This document shows positions 63,561 to 64,000 of a stretch of 64,000 bases of DNA, piece by piece (the stretch's first letter is position 1; each line of letters opens with the position of its first letter). Origin of the DNA: Camelus dromedarius (lineage: Eukaryota). The stretch is from the NCBI RefSeq assembly GCF_036321535.1, contig NC_087436.1:104472001-104536000 (forward strand), written 5' to 3'. A program made the translations under genes and the position numbers. The notes under the pieces were generated by a model. The model was not told the origin of the DNA. It was given only the letters and a program-made list of their open reading frames with translations, and searched no databases.

Positions 63561-64000
63561 AATTAGGCATGTTTCCCAAACTTATTCTGAATATTCTTTT
63601 TACTAATATGGGAAAAGATGGAATTTATAAGTAAAGCAAAATTCCAAAAGCTTTAAACATCATCATTTTGCACCAGTCTTGCTTTAGACCATATAATTGT
63701 TTAAAATATGGTTACTATTTCTAAACTCAGAGGGATAAGAATCTCTCCTTCATTATATTCCAATTATAGAAAAAAAAATCCATCACAAGGAAGCAAGCAG
63801 GTATCAAGATTTTCATACATATAAAAATAAACTTCTGGTTTATGATCTGATAGATTTAGTTCAATTTCATGGACACCTTATTACTTATACCCATGTAGAC
63901 ATTCACATTTCAGTGATTTTAGTCTGACTGGGGATGCTGAGGCAAATCTACAAAATTTTACTGGATAAAAAGTGAATTGGCAGACTTCAGAAATATTTCC

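Overview
Mammalian genomic DNA, most likely camelid (alpaca/llama/camel), judged from 11 tRNA-Ala-derived Vic-1-type SINEs. The window holds the 5' end of RBPJ (the CSL/Su(H) Notch effector) on the minus strand. A CpG-island promoter (~18.5-21.5 kb) carries alternative first coding exons that all end in phase 2: MAPVVTG at 19563-19582, [20 protein letters not shown] at 19796-19854, and a candidate third at 20729-20838. A candidate 46-nt frame-switching cassette exon lies at 18740-18785. Bases 1-18.7 kb are RBPJ intron; the shared KFGERPPP exon is outside the window. Bases 21.5-64 kb are upstream sequence rich in L1, L2, MIR, MaLR/ERV1 LTRs, MITEs and SINEs. Most ORF-track entries are chance or repeat-derived. 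I found no convincing new multi-gene system. The best leads are the N-terminal/reading-frame switching of the RBPJ 5' exons, possible CSL autoregulatory sites, a decayed hAT-Charlie transposase in the intron, a MER53 hairpin with a miR-1302-like arm, and a MER41-like solo LTR with STAT-type motifs. Repeat family names and orthologue sequences are from memory, not database searches. Old-repeat boundaries are approximate.
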